A stretch of DNA of 64,000 nucleotides. It comes from an uncultured Actinomycetes bacterium. GTDB lineage: Bacteria > Actinomycetota > UBA4738 > JBBDTT01. Location: positions 1 to 64,000 of the forward strand of contig CAVUMN010000001.1 in the NCBI GenBank assembly GCA_963742735.1, in the 5' to 3' direction. A model generated the notes under the pieces. It worked only from the letters and a program-made list of their open reading frames with translations. It had not been told where the DNA came from and made no database searches. Numbering within the stretch: the first letter of the stretch is position 1; each line of letters opens with the position of its first letter. Below are positions 10,198 to 19,811 of this stretch, piece after piece. The position numbers and the translations under genes were made by a program.

Positions 10198-11370
10198 TCA
10201 GGCCGCCGGGAGCTCGTCGGCGCGGGCCACGCGGCCCTGCAGGTACGACAGCGCGAACAGGCCGGCCAGACGGTGGATCGTGCCTTCCATGTCCGAGTAG
10301 CGCCCGCCCCGGAACCCCGTGCCGGCCAGGCCTCGCTGGACGCGCTCGCAGGCCGCCCAGTCCTGGAGGTTCACCAGGTCCCAGAACTCGATCGCGTCGG
10401 CCGGGTCGAACCCGGCGGCGTCGATCTGGTCCGGGTGGAAGAGCCACTCGCACACGATGCGGGTCCGGTCGGGCGCCTCCGGCCAGACGGTGTGGGTCAG
10501 GACGTAGTCGGGGTGGGCGCTGATCCACAGGTTCGGCAGCACCGAGTAGTAGTAGACGTGGCGGAGGTCCTCCTCCGGCAGGCCGGGGATCGGAGGCCGG
10601 TCGCTGGTGCCGGTGAGGGTCATGGTCGTGCACCCGTCGGCCAGGTCCATCGGCCCGCCGAGCCACGGCCCGCGCGAAACCTCGTCCCGGCCGCTCTGGT
10701 AGGGCGTGACCTTCACCAGCTCGGGGTGGATCGAGGTGCAGTGGTAGCACTCCTGGTAGTTCTCCGAGAGCGCCTTCCAGTTGGCGGCCACCAGGTACTC
10801 CCGGCGTTCCACGCGCCGAAGCTCGGCCGGCACGAACCGGTCGAGGTGCGACGGGAAGTCGTCCAGGTAGGCCGCCAGGGTGCCCGCCCCGCCGGAGACG
10901 TTGACGAAGACCCACCCCCCCACGGCGTCGGCGGCGAGCGGCGACAGCCCGCAGGCGGCCCGGTCGAACCCGCGGGCCTCGGCCATGTGCGGCGCGGCCC
11001 GCAGGGCGCCGTCCATCCCGTACGTCCAGCCGTGGTACGGGCAGACGATGCGGTCGGCGCCGCGCACCGAGGACTCCAGGACGAGCATCGAGCCCCGGTG
11101 CTGGCAGACGTTCGAGAAGGCCCGGAGCCCTCCGTCCTGGTCCCGGCCGACCAGCACCGGCTCGTCCCCCACCGCGGCCGTGAACAGGTCGCCGGCGGCG
11201 GGCACGTCCTCCTCGCGGCCAACGCACACCCAGGCGTCCTCGAACAGGTGGGTGCGCTCCCAGGCGAGGACGTCGTGCGAGCGGTAGACCTCAGCGGGGA
11301 GCGGGCGCGCGTCGGCGCGCGGCGCGAGGGTCGGTTCCAGGAGCCGGGGATCGACCGGCGGCGAGGTCAC
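10198..11370 (-). CDS. Rieske oxygenase alpha subunit (glycine betaine/choline monooxygenase-like group)
   Basis: Rieske motif CQHRG...CPYHGW and mononuclear iron motif ENYQECYHCTSIHP. Confidence 0.9.
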   Translation of the reverse strand: MTSPPVDPRLLEPTLAPRADARPLPAEVYRSHDVLAWERTHLFEDAWVCVGREEDVPAAGDLFTAAVGDEPVLVGRDQDGGLRAFSNVCQHRGSMLVLESSVRGADRIVCPYHGWTYGMDGALRAAPHMAEARGFDRAACGLSPLAADAVGGWVFVNVSGGAGTLAAYLDDFPSHLDRFVPAELRRVERREYLVAANWKALSENYQECYHCTSIHPELVKVTPYQSGRDEVSRGPWLGGPMDLADGCTTMTLTGTSDRPPIPGLPEEDLRHVYYYSVLPNLWISAHPDYVLTHTVWPEAPDRTRIVCEWLFHPDQIDAAGFDPADAIEFWDLVNLQDWAACERVQRGLAGTGFRGGRYSDMEGTIHRLAGLFALSYLQGRVARADELPAA

Positions 11371-11374
11371 CCCG

Positions 11375-11491
11375 TCAGGCTAGCGGCGGGGGGCGTTCAG
11401 GGTCTCGAAGGGACCGGAGGTACATGACCGCGGCGATCAGGCCGCCGACCACCACGACGAAGAACGCGATCCACGACAGGGCGCCGTCCAT
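11375..11491 (-). CDS. 38-aa single-TM small protein
   Basis: MDGALSWIAFFVVVVGGLIAAVMYLRSLRDPERPPPLA*, with GC3-rich codons and a stop 4 nt before the Rieske GTG. Confidence 0.55.
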   Translation of the reverse strand: MDGALSWIAFFVVVVGGLIAAVMYLRSLRDPERPPPLA

Positions 11492-11548
11492 CGCGGCAAA
11501 CGCTACGGCCGCGGGCAAGGCAAGGTCAATGGTTCCGGCGGGTGGTTT

Positions 11549-12520
11549 TCAGCGAACCGCGGGCCAGTCGAACCCACGGATCACGGACCACGTGGTGCTC
11601 GAGGCGTGCTGCCAGGACCAGAAGCTCACGCCCGGCGCGCCGAGCTGGCGGGCGGTGCGCATGAACTCGAGAGTCTCGCGGGCCGGCGGGTGGTTCGGGC
11701 CGCCCTCGGGTCGCATGTCGTAGGCCCGTCCGACCGGGGCCACGGGAAGGCCGTACGCCCGCAGCCGGCGGATGGCGAGGTTCGCCGCGTCGGAGGGCTC
11801 CTCGAAGCCCCAGTAGACCATCGGGGCGAACGCGTCGACGTGGGGGGCCAGCTGCGCGTACGGATAGTCGCGGACGCGCGGCGGGGTCGGCCGGGGGGTG
11901 CACGCGACGACGACCGCCTGGGGCCCGACCAGCGCCCGCAGGCGCTTCGCGAAGCGTCCGGCGCGCTCGCGGGTCAGGGTCACGCCCTGCGCGGGCTCCT
12001 CGACGTCCGGGGCCAGCCCGTCGATGTGATGGCCGTCGGGGGTCGTGTAGGCGAGCTCGGCGGCGACGCGAGCGGCGTCGGCCTCAGGGTCGTCCAGATA
12101 GGGGAAGTCCCAGGCCAGCACCTTGAGGCCCTCCCGGTGCGCGACGGGCAGGATCGCGTCCAGGTGGTCTTGGGCGTAGAAGCCCATGCGGGACGAGCCG
12201 GCGCGGACCAGGACGTAGGACAGGCCCTCCCGCTTGGCGCGGGCGATGATGGCCTCGGGGTCGCCGCCCTCGATCGTCTCGAACTCCCAGATCCACATCC
12301 CGCGGCCCGACAGCAGGCAGCGGGCCACCCGTCGCCGGTCGGCCCTGGAGGTTCCCGGGACGCAGCCGGGGTCGTGGTCCTCGGCGATCGCCACACCCGC
12401 GGGGGCGGCCACCTTGGGCGCCGTGAGCGGGGCATGAACGGGCGTGAACGCGCTCACTCCGGGCAGGACCGCGAATGCCAGGGCCAGGGCCAGGATCACG
12501 AGGGCTCGGGGGAGTCGCAC
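11549..12520 (-). CDS. Secreted glycoside hydrolase-like TIM-barrel protein
   Basis: Signal peptide (RALVILALALAFAVLPG), GMWIW, IDGLAPDVEE (DGxxxDxE), APMVYW, GVSFWSWQ. Confidence 0.65.
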   Translation of the reverse strand: MRLPRALVILALALAFAVLPGVSAFTPVHAPLTAPKVAAPAGVAIAEDHDPGCVPGTSRADRRRVARCLLSGRGMWIWEFETIEGGDPEAIIARAKREGLSYVLVRAGSSRMGFYAQDHLDAILPVAHREGLKVLAWDFPYLDDPEADAARVAAELAYTTPDGHHIDGLAPDVEEPAQGVTLTRERAGRFAKRLRALVGPQAVVVACTPRPTPPRVRDYPYAQLAPHVDAFAPMVYWGFEEPSDAANLAIRRLRAYGLPVAPVGRAYDMRPEGGPNHPPARETLEFMRTARQLGAPGVSFWSWQHASSTTWSVIRGFDWPAVR

Positions 12521-12605
12521 GAGGAGGGAGTCTAAAGGCCGTAAGAGCCTCTGACAGCCCGATCCGGACAATTACGCATTGCTACGTAGGCGTGCGCCGG
12601 GGAGG

Positions 12606-12619
12606 TGGAACGTGTTTCA
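12606..12619. promoter_or_regulatory. KstR-type operator
   Basis: TGGAACGTGTTTCA fits TnnAACnnGTTnnA and lies 10 nt upstream of the thioesterase ATG. Confidence 0.55.
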
Positions 12620-12629
12620 CTCCCGTCCG

Positions 12630-13115
12630 ATGGCGGCCGAGGAATGGCGGGAGGACCCGGACGTGCCCGAGGGCGTCCGCGAGGTGCTGGAGGGCCCGGC
12701 GGAGTGGGAGCCGGCCCTGAACCGCACGCTGAAGATCCGGATGGGCCTCGGCGAGTACGGACTCGGCTACGCGTGGTTCGAGGCCGACCCCGAGATCCAC
12801 TGGGGCTCGACGCGCGTCCACGGCGGCGCCATCCCTCCCCTGATCGACATCGCCGGGGCGATCGCCGTGGCCCACACCTACCCGGACGCGATGAACGCCA
12901 TCGAGGGGACCATCGAGATGAGCGTCAACTATCTCAAGGCCGCGAAGGCGGGCCGCGTCCTGGCCACCGGCCGCATGATCCACCAGGGTCGCCGGATCGG
13001 CGTGGCCGAGGTGAACGTCGAGAACCAGGGCCGGCTCTGTGTGAAGGCGATCGTGAGCTACCAGCTCCGGCCCGAGGCGCACGGGCCGGACGGACCCGAG
13101 GGGGCGCCCGACTAG
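12630..13115 (+). CDS. PaaI-family hotdog thioesterase
   Basis: VHGGAIPPLID, TIEMSVNYLKA, HQGRRIGV. Confidence 0.85.
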   Translation: MAAEEWREDPDVPEGVREVLEGPAEWEPALNRTLKIRMGLGEYGLGYAWFEADPEIHWGSTRVHGGAIPPLIDIAGAIAVAHTYPDAMNAIEGTIEMSVNYLKAAKAGRVLATGRMIHQGRRIGVAEVNVENQGRLCVKAIVSYQLRPEAHGPDGPEGAPD

Positions 13116-13546
13116 TGGGTGGGCGAGTCCTCGGCCTCACGGAGCCGCTTGGCCACGGCCTTCAGCATCTTCACGGCCACGCTGGGCGTGTCCTGAAGCA
13201 GGGTCGCGAACTCCCGGCGGTCCAGGACCATCACCCGGGCGTCGCTGTTCGCCTCCACCGTGGCGGTCCGGGGCTTGCCGTCGAGCAATGCCATCTCCCC
13301 CACGATCTCCCCCGGCCCGAGGGTGGCCACCTTCTTCTTGCCGATCTTCACGTCGAAGTCGCCCTCGGCGATGACGAAGGCCTCGCCGCCCGGCTCGCCC
13401 TGCCGGGTGAGCGTCTCTCCGGCGGTCAGCTCGAGCGCGGAGGTGAGTGAGGCGATGTGGCGGAGCTCCTTGGTCGAGCATCCGGAGAACAGGGGGATCC
13501 TGCCGAGGATCTCGGCCTGCTGGGCCTTGGTGCGGGTGCGGGACAT
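13112..13546 (-). CDS. Stand-alone cyclic nucleotide-binding domain protein
   Basis: IPLFSG, RQGEPG, LGPGEIVGEMALLDGKPRTATV. No HTH domain. GGAGGAGG RBS. Confidence 0.9.
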   Translation of the reverse strand: MSRTRTKAQQAEILGRIPLFSGCSTKELRHIASLTSALELTAGETLTRQGEPGGEAFVIAEGDFDVKIGKKKVATLGPGEIVGEMALLDGKPRTATVEANSDARVMVLDRREFATLLQDTPSVAVKMLKAVAKRLREAEDSPTH

Positions 13547-13618
13547 GGACAGCCTCCTCCGGGGCTCGTGGGCCGAGCGGATGCTACCGGTCGGGCAAAC
13601 CGAGGGAAAGGACTGAGC

Positions 13619-14731
13619 ATGGAGGTCGGGGCCGCCGGGACCATCATGCCTCCCGCGGACGGGATGCTGAAGACCGCCCGGCGCAACGAAGAGCGGGGCT
13701 ACGACTCCATCTGGTGGCCCGATCACTTGATGGGGTGGTACCCCGAGTCGATCTGGACGCCGGACGTCACACCGCTCGCGAACTTCCAGCCGAGTCCCCA
13801 CGTCTTCTTCGACTCGGTGGCCGCGATCGCGGCCGTGGCCGTGCACACCGATCGGATCCGCCTGGGGACCAGCGTCACGGAGCCGGTCCGCCGGCATCCG
13901 GCGCAGCTCGCCCAGGAGTGGCTCACTCTCGACCACCTGTCGAAGGGGCGGGCGATCCTCGGGATCGGGCCCGGGGAGGGCGAGAACATCGTGCCGTACG
14001 GGCTCTCCTACGACCGCCCCGTCACCCGGTTCGAGGAGGCCCTGGAGATCATCCGGCTGCTGTGGGAGAACGACGAGCCGGTCGACTTCGACGGCCCCAA
14101 CTACACGCTTCGCCGGGCCGTGCTGGGACTCGGGCCGTACGAGGCGGGCCGCTACCCCCCCATCTGGATCGGCGCACACGGACCTCGAATGCTGGAGATC
14201 ACGGGTCGCTACGGCGACGGGTGGATCCCCGGGCTGACCGGCGGCCCGGAGGTCTACGGCGAGCGCCTGGCCGTCATCCGGGCCGCGGCGACCGCGGCGG
14301 GCCGTGACCCCGATGCGATCACGCCGGCCCTGTACGCGTACACCGTGGTGGCGTCCGACCACGAGGCCGCGCACGAGATCCTCCGCCATCCGCTGCTGGC
14401 CGGGAACCAGCTGGTCCTGCCGAGCGAGGCCTACGAGGAGCGGGGGTTCTCCCATCCGCTCGGGAAAGGGTTCTACGGGATCCGCGACTACGTCCCCACC
14501 CGCTACTCGAAGGACGAGGCTCTGAAGGCCATCGCCGCCATCCCCTTCGAGCTGACCCACGACTACACGCTCCACGGGACGCCGGACGACCTGGTGGCGT
14601 TGCTCCATGACTACGAGACGGCCGGCCTGCGCCACGTCGCGCTGTGGAACATGACCTTCCTGGGGGATCCCACGAAGGTCCGCGAGTCCTTCCATCTCCT
14701 GGACGAGGTCATGCTCGCCCTGAAGCGCTAG
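13619..14731 (+). CDS. Luciferase-like (LLM) oxidoreductase, probably F420-dependent (phthiodiolone ketoreductase-like)
   Basis: DSIWWPDHL, LGTSVTEPVRRHPA, LGIGPGEGENIVPYG, AHGPRML. Confidence 0.85.
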   Translation: MEVGAAGTIMPPADGMLKTARRNEERGYDSIWWPDHLMGWYPESIWTPDVTPLANFQPSPHVFFDSVAAIAAVAVHTDRIRLGTSVTEPVRRHPAQLAQEWLTLDHLSKGRAILGIGPGEGENIVPYGLSYDRPVTRFEEALEIIRLLWENDEPVDFDGPNYTLRRAVLGLGPYEAGRYPPIWIGAHGPRMLEITGRYGDGWIPGLTGGPEVYGERLAVIRAAATAAGRDPDAITPALYAYTVVASDHEAAHEILRHPLLAGNQLVLPSEAYEERGFSHPLGKGFYGIRDYVPTRYSKDEALKAIAAIPFELTHDYTLHGTPDDLVALLHDYETAGLRHVALWNMTFLGDPTKVRESFHLLDEVMLALKR

Positions 14732-14754
14732 CCGCTAGGCTTCGCGGGTCCGCC

Positions 14755-15915
14755 ATGGATCTCTCCTTCACCCCCGAGCAGGAAGCGTTCCGCGCCGAGG
14801 TGCGCGACTGGCTCGGCGCGAACGTGCCGGCCGAGCGCCTCCCCTCGCCCGGCACCACCGAGGGCTTCCAGCTGCACCGCGAGTGGGCGGAAACGCTCGG
14901 TGACGCCGGCTACGTGGCGGTCCACTGGCCGGTCGAGTTCGGGGGCCGGGGCGCCGACGTGGTCATGCAGGCGATCTTCGAGGAGGAGTACCTGCTGGCG
15001 GACGCCCCGCCGCGAGTCACGGGGCTGGGAACGCACCTGCTGGGACCGACCCTGATGGTCCACGGGACCGATGAGCAGAAGCGGACGTGGCTCCCGGACA
15101 TCCTGTCCGCGAAGACGCTGTGGTCGCAGGGGTTCTCCGAGCCGGAGGCGGGCAGCGACCTCGCGGGCCTGCGAACCCACGCCCGGCTCGACGGCGACGA
15201 CTGGGTCGTGAACGGCCAGAAGATCTGGACGTCCTACGGCGCGTTCGCCGACTGGATCTTCGCGTTGGTCCGCACCGACCTCGAGGCCCACAAGCACGCC
15301 GGGATCTCCTTCATCGGGATCGACATGCGCTCCGAGGGTGTCGACCCTCGTCCGATCTCGCAGCTCGACGGCAAGGCCGGGTTCGCGGAGGTGTTCTTCG
15401 ACGAAGTGCGGGTGCCGGCGAACCAGGTGATCGGACCCGTGAACGAGGGGTGGTCGGTGGCCATGACCACGCTCGGGTTCGAGCGGGACGCGCCCTCGGC
15501 CCCGGCGGCGCGGTTCCGCAAGGACCTCAACTCGCTGGTCACCATCGCGCGGGCGCGCGGCATGGTCGGTGACGCCGCCGTCCGTGACCGGCTGGCCGCG
15601 CTGTTCGCGCGGACCGAGGCGTACCGCGCCCACACGCTGCGGACCCTCACGCGCCTGTCGCACAAGGAGTCGATCGGCTCCGAGGCCAGCCGGACGAAGC
15701 TCCTGTGGTCCGAGCTCGAGCGCGACATCTACGAGACCGGGCTCGACCTGCTGGGGCCGTACGGAGAGATCCTCGACGGCGACGCGGGGTTCCCGAACGT
15801 CCAGTCGTGGCACAGCCACTACTGGTTCGCGCGGGCCGCCACGATCTACGCCGGCACCAGCGAGATCCAGCGCAACATCCTGGCCGAACGGGTCCTCGGG
15901 CTCCCGAAGGGATAG
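14755..15915 (+). CDS. Acyl-CoA dehydrogenase alpha subunit, FadE31-like paralog
   Basis: WSQGFSEPEAGSDLA, NGQKIWTS, TIYAGTSEIQRNI. N-terminus is nearly identical to the gene at 21660-22790. Confidence 0.9.
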   Translation: MDLSFTPEQEAFRAEVRDWLGANVPAERLPSPGTTEGFQLHREWAETLGDAGYVAVHWPVEFGGRGADVVMQAIFEEEYLLADAPPRVTGLGTHLLGPTLMVHGTDEQKRTWLPDILSAKTLWSQGFSEPEAGSDLAGLRTHARLDGDDWVVNGQKIWTSYGAFADWIFALVRTDLEAHKHAGISFIGIDMRSEGVDPRPISQLDGKAGFAEVFFDEVRVPANQVIGPVNEGWSVAMTTLGFERDAPSAPAARFRKDLNSLVTIARARGMVGDAAVRDRLAALFARTEAYRAHTLRTLTRLSHKESIGSEASRTKLLWSELERDIYETGLDLLGPYGEILDGDAGFPNVQSWHSHYWFARAATIYAGTSEIQRNILAERVLGLPKG

Positions 15916-15917
15916 CG

Positions 15918-16925
15918 ATGGAGTTCGACTTCACGGAGGAGCAGTACGCGCTGCGCGACCTGGCGCGCGACGTGTTCGCCCGGGAGTGGCCGGCCGCGCG
16001 CCTGCGCGAGCTGTGGGAGGGCAAGGAGCGCGACGGCTCCGTGTGGCGGACCCTGGCCGAGGTCGGGATCACCGGCATCACGGTCCCGGAGGCCCAGGGC
16101 GGCAACGGCGGCGACCTCCTCGACGTGGTCCTGGTCCTCGAGGAGGCGGGGCGGGCCGCGCTGGCCGAGCCGCTCATCGAGACCGTGGCCGTGGCGGCGC
16201 CGATCCTCGCGGCGCACGGTGGGGAGGCGCAGCAGGCGCGTCTCGCCGGGATCGCCTCCGGCGAGGCGGTGGTGACGGCGGTGGCGCCGGGAGCCCCCTT
16301 CGCCCTGGACGCCGACCAGGCCGACGCGGTGCTCGTCGAGGCCGGCGGCGACCTCCACCTGGTCACAGCGGGCCGGTTCACCTCGCGAGCGCTGGCCGTC
16401 GAGGACCGCGCCCGGCGACTGTTCGCAGTGGAGGCCGAAACGTCCGACGACACCCGGCTGGGCGGCCCCGAGGCTGTGGCCGAGGCCTCCCGGCTGGGGG
16501 CGGTGGCGACATCGGCGGTGCTGAACGGGGTCTCCAGCCGGCTGCTCGAGACCACCGCCGACTACGTGCGCGAGCGCCAGCAGTTCGGGCGACCGGTCGG
16601 CTCGTTCCAGGCCGTGAAGCACAAGCTGGCCGACGTGCACGCGAAGCTCGAGGCCGCTCGCGCCGCGGTCTGGTACGCGGCCTACGCCGTTGCCGGAGGG
16701 CTGCCCGACGCCGACCTGGCCACCAGCGTCGCCAAGGCCTCCGCGGCCGAGGCGGGCGCCCGCGCCAACGCCGAGGCCCTCCAGTGCCACGCCGGCATCG
16801 GGTTCACCTGGGAGCACGACCTGCACCTGTGGCTGAAGCGGGGGAAGGCGCTCGAGGCCGCCTACGGCACCGCGGCCGAGCACCGGGCGCGCCTGGCGGA
16901 GCACCTGCTCGGCACGAATGCCTGA
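15918..16925 (+). CDS. Acyl-CoA dehydrogenase beta subunit, FadE32-like paralog
   Basis: RQQFGRPVGSFQAVKHKLAD, HAGIGFTWEHDLHLW. Confidence 0.88.
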   Translation: MEFDFTEEQYALRDLARDVFAREWPAARLRELWEGKERDGSVWRTLAEVGITGITVPEAQGGNGGDLLDVVLVLEEAGRAALAEPLIETVAVAAPILAAHGGEAQQARLAGIASGEAVVTAVAPGAPFALDADQADAVLVEAGGDLHLVTAGRFTSRALAVEDRARRLFAVEAETSDDTRLGGPEAVAEASRLGAVATSAVLNGVSSRLLETTADYVRERQQFGRPVGSFQAVKHKLADVHAKLEAARAAVWYAAYAVAGGLPDADLATSVAKASAAEAGARANAEALQCHAGIGFTWEHDLHLWLKRGKALEAAYGTAAEHRARLAEHLLGTNA

Positions 16926-17679
16926 GCCCCCGCCGTACCTGGCGTCCCACAACCTCCTCGAGGGGAAGCGGGTCCTCGTCACGGCCTCCGCGGGCGCGGG
17001 GATCGGGTTCGCCACCGCGAAGCGATGCGCCGAGGAGGGCGCGACCGTGGTCCTGTCGGACTCCCACGAGCGCCGGCTGCGGGAGGCGGCCGCGGAGCTG
17101 GGAGGCCTGCTGGCGATTCCGTGCGACGTGACCTCGCAGGCCGACGTCGACCGGCTGTTCGCGGAGGCCACCGCCGACGGACCGCTGGACGTGGTCGTGA
17201 ACAATGCCGGCCTCGGCGGGACCGTGAACCTGGCGGACATGACCGACGAGGAGTGGTCGAAGGTCATCGACGTCTCGCTGAACGGGACCTTCCGCTGCAT
17301 GCGCGCGGCGCTGGGTCACATGCTGCCCCGCGAGCGCGGCTCGATCGTCAACCTTTCGTCCGTCCTGGCGTGGCGCGCGCAGGCCGGGCAGGCGCACTAC
17401 TCGGCGGCGAAGGCCGGGGTGGCCGCGCTGACCCGCGCGGCGGCGCTGGAGGCGGCGCCCCACGGCGTCCGGGTGAACGCGGTGGCGCCGTCCCTGGCCC
17501 TGACGCCGTTCCTGGCCAAGGTCATGCCCCAGGACACGCTCGACGAGCTGGTGGCCCTGGAGGCGTTCGGCCGCGCCGCCGAGACCTGGGAGGTGGCGAA
17601 CGTGATCGTGTTCCTGGCCAGCGACTACGCGAGCTACCTGACCGGCGAGGTCATCTCGGTGAGCTCCCAGCACCCGTGA
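16918..17679 (+). CDS. ipdF: SDR oxidoreductase of steroid C/D-ring (HIP) catabolism
   Basis: VTASAGAGIG, NNAGLGG, HYSAAKAG and the C-terminus ASDYASYLTGEVISVSSQHP match remembered Rv3559c features. Confidence 0.85.
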   Translation: MPEPPPYLASHNLLEGKRVLVTASAGAGIGFATAKRCAEEGATVVLSDSHERRLREAAAELGGLLAIPCDVTSQADVDRLFAEATADGPLDVVVNNAGLGGTVNLADMTDEEWSKVIDVSLNGTFRCMRAALGHMLPRERGSIVNLSSVLAWRAQAGQAHYSAAKAGVAALTRAAALEAAPHGVRVNAVAPSLALTPFLAKVMPQDTLDELVALEAFGRAAETWEVANVIVFLASDYASYLTGEVISVSSQHP

Positions 17680-17694
17680 GCCGGGCTGGAAAAA

Positions 17695-17708
17695 TGGAAC
17701 ACGTTCTA
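17695..17708. promoter_or_regulatory. KstR-type operator
   Basis: TGGAACACGTTCTA fits TnnAACnnGTTnnA and lies in the short gap before the LLM gene. Confidence 0.6.
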
Positions 17709-17722
17709 GTAGGGTGCCGCTG

Positions 17723-18850
17723 ATGGAATTCGGCATCTTCATCCAGGGCCACGTGCCCCAGCACCGCTCGGCCGAGGACCCCGGGTACGAGCACACCTCG
17801 TTCCTGAACGACGTGGCCATGGTGAAGGCCGCCGACGAGTCCGGGTTCAAGTACGTGTGGGCCTCGGAGCACCATTTCCTTGACGAGTACTCCCACCTCT
17901 CCGCCTCCGAGGTCTTCCTCGGCTACCTGGGCGGCGTGACCGAGCGCATCCATCTGGGCTCGGCGATCTGGAACATCACCCCCCCGGTCAACCACCCCGT
18001 CCGCGTGGCCGAGCGCGTGGCGATGATGGACCACCTGACCGGCGGCCGGTTCGAGTTCGGGATGGGCCGCGGCGCCGGCTCGCTCGAGGTGACCGGGTTC
18101 GACATCCCCGACACCGACGCGACCAAGCCCATGTTCGAGGAGGTCGTCAAGGAGTTCCCGAAGATGTGGCACGACGGCGAGTACTCCTTCGACGGCGAGT
18201 ACTTCAAGGTCCCACCGCGCAACGTCCTGCCCAAGCCGTTCAAGAAGCCCCACCCACCCATGTGGCAGGCGTGCGGCAACCCGCCCACGTTCGAGCTCGC
18301 GGCGCGCAAGGGCCTGGGCGCGATCGGGTTCAACTTCTCCGCTGCCCCGGCCATGAAGCCGATGGTCGACGCGTACAAGAACGCGATCGGCGAGGCGGAG
18401 CCGATCGCCGACTACGTCAACGACAACGTGATGATCACCAACAGCGTCGTGTGCCTGGAGGACGGGCAGCGGGCCCGGCAGGTCGCCGCCGAGATGGGCA
18501 GCGGGCGGCTGCAGTCGCTGGTGTTCCGCTACCACACCACGTTCCCGAAGCCGGCCCACGTCCCCGACTGGCCGGAGACCCTCCCCGAGCCGACCCTCGA
18601 CGAGGTGAACTGGCGCATCAACGAGGGGTACCTGCTGTGCGGCGACCCCGACGAGGTCCTGGAGCAGGTCCGCAAGTACGAGGACGTCGGCGCCGACCAG
18701 GTCGTGTTCGGCCTGCCCATCGACATGCCGATCGACTCCGCCATCGAGACGATCCGACTCTTCGGACAGCACATCATCCCGAAGCTCGACCCCGACCCCA
18801 TCCACCGCACCTCGAAGTTCCGGGACGCGGCGGCCGTCCCCTCCGCCTAG
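17723..18850 (+). CDS. Luciferase-like (LLM) flavin-dependent oxidoreductase
   Basis: VWASEHHF, HPVRVAERVAMMDHLTGGRFEFGMGRG, PKPFKKPHPPMW. Confidence 0.9.
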   Translation: MEFGIFIQGHVPQHRSAEDPGYEHTSFLNDVAMVKAADESGFKYVWASEHHFLDEYSHLSASEVFLGYLGGVTERIHLGSAIWNITPPVNHPVRVAERVAMMDHLTGGRFEFGMGRGAGSLEVTGFDIPDTDATKPMFEEVVKEFPKMWHDGEYSFDGEYFKVPPRNVLPKPFKKPHPPMWQACGNPPTFELAARKGLGAIGFNFSAAPAMKPMVDAYKNAIGEAEPIADYVNDNVMITNSVVCLEDGQRARQVAAEMGSGRLQSLVFRYHTTFPKPAHVPDWPETLPEPTLDEVNWRINEGYLLCGDPDEVLEQVRKYEDVGADQVVFGLPIDMPIDSAIETIRLFGQHIIPKLDPDPIHRTSKFRDAAAVPSA

Positions 18851-18855
18851 CCAGC

Positions 18856-19218
18856 GTGTCTGCCGGCGACGCGTACCTCCTTTCGTTCACGCTCGGGGCC
18901 GGCGCCGCGATCGCCCTGCTGTGGATCGTGATCATCGCCACCGGCCGCCTCCCGAAGATCGCCGCCGGCCGGGGGGACTTCGCCTGGCACGTCACGGCGG
19001 AGTTCGTGACGGCGGCCCTGCTCCTGGTCGCCGGGATCGGCCTGCTGATCGACGCCGCCTGGGCCGACCTCGCCACCGCGGTCTCCCTCGGCGCGCTCGT
19101 CTATGCCATTACGGAGTCGGCCGGGCACTACCTGCGGACGGGAACGAGGTGGCTGGCCTTCGCGGTGATCGCGGGGTGGCCGTTCGCGATCGCTGCCGCG
19201 ATCGTGCTCTTCGGCTGA
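18856..19218 (+). CDS. Hypothetical 4-TM membrane protein
   Basis: Hydrophobic 120-aa frame starting 5 nt after the LLM stop. Confidence 0.65.
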   Translation: MSAGDAYLLSFTLGAGAAIALLWIVIIATGRLPKIAAGRGDFAWHVTAEFVTAALLLVAGIGLLIDAAWADLATAVSLGALVYAITESAGHYLRTGTRWLAFAVIAGWPFAIAAAIVLFG

Positions 19219-19274
19219 CGCCTGCGCGGGTATCGTGGTGCCGACGCGCCACGACGTTCGAAGGGAGACCATCC

Positions 19275-19811
19275 ATGGCCGGTGAGTTCCTGGCCGACAT
19301 CGAGGAGATCCGCAAGCGCGCCCGGCAGGAGATCGAGAAGGGGCCGATCACCGACTCCTACACCGCCGATCGCGAGCGGGTGATCGCCGTGCTCAACGAG
19401 GTCCTGGCCACCGAGATCGTCTGCGTGCTGCGCTACAAGCGCCACTACTTCACCGCCCAGGGCATCAACGCCGGCCCGGTGGCCGAGGAGTTCCTGCAGC
19501 ACGCGAACGAGGAGCAGACGCACGCGGACATGGCCGCGGGACGGATCGTGCAGCTCGGGGGCGACCCCGACTTCTCCCCGGAGGGTCTGGCCACCCGCGC
19601 CCACTCGGAGTACGACGCGTCGCCGAACCTGCTCGACATGGTCCGCGAGGACCTGGTGGCCGAGCGGGTGGCGGTCTCCTCCTACCAGGAGATCATCCGG
19701 TGGCTCGGCAACGACGACCCGACCACCCGGCGGATGATGGAGGAGATCCTGGCCACCGAGGAGGAGCACGCGGACGACCTGGTCAACATCCTCGAGGACA
19801 TCGGTGGCTGA
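19275..19811 (+). CDS. Ferritin-like (bacterioferritin/DpsL-type) protein
   Basis: LNEVLATEIVCVLRY, EEQTHAD, EDLVAER, EEEHADDL ferroxidase-like motifs. Confidence 0.88.
   Translation: MAGEFLADIEEIRKRARQEIEKGPITDSYTADRERVIAVLNEVLATEIVCVLRYKRHYFTAQGINAGPVAEEFLQHANEEQTHADMAAGRIVQLGGDPDFSPEGLATRAHSEYDASPNLLDMVREDLVAERVAVSSYQEIIRWLGNDDPTTRRMMEEILATEEEHADDLVNILEDIGG

Noticed and set aside
8238-10523. Long antisense and alternative-frame ORFs (e.g. 761 aa opposite uvrB; many others such as 20716-23985 and 49163-51745)
   Set aside because: These are shadow ORFs typical of high-GC DNA. They are Arg/Gly/Pro-rich, have no motifs, and overlap well-supported genes.
10198-11370. Rieske protein as steroid 9-alpha-hydroxylase KshA
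   Set aside because: Motifs (NWK..ENYQECYHC..IHP, WLFHP) fit the betaine/choline oxygenase group, and the gene lies outside the operator-controlled island.
12606-17708. GAAC..GTT palindromes as LexA SOS boxes
   Set aside because: The spacer is 2 nt rather than 4, and the downstream genes are not repair genes. The KstR pattern fits better.
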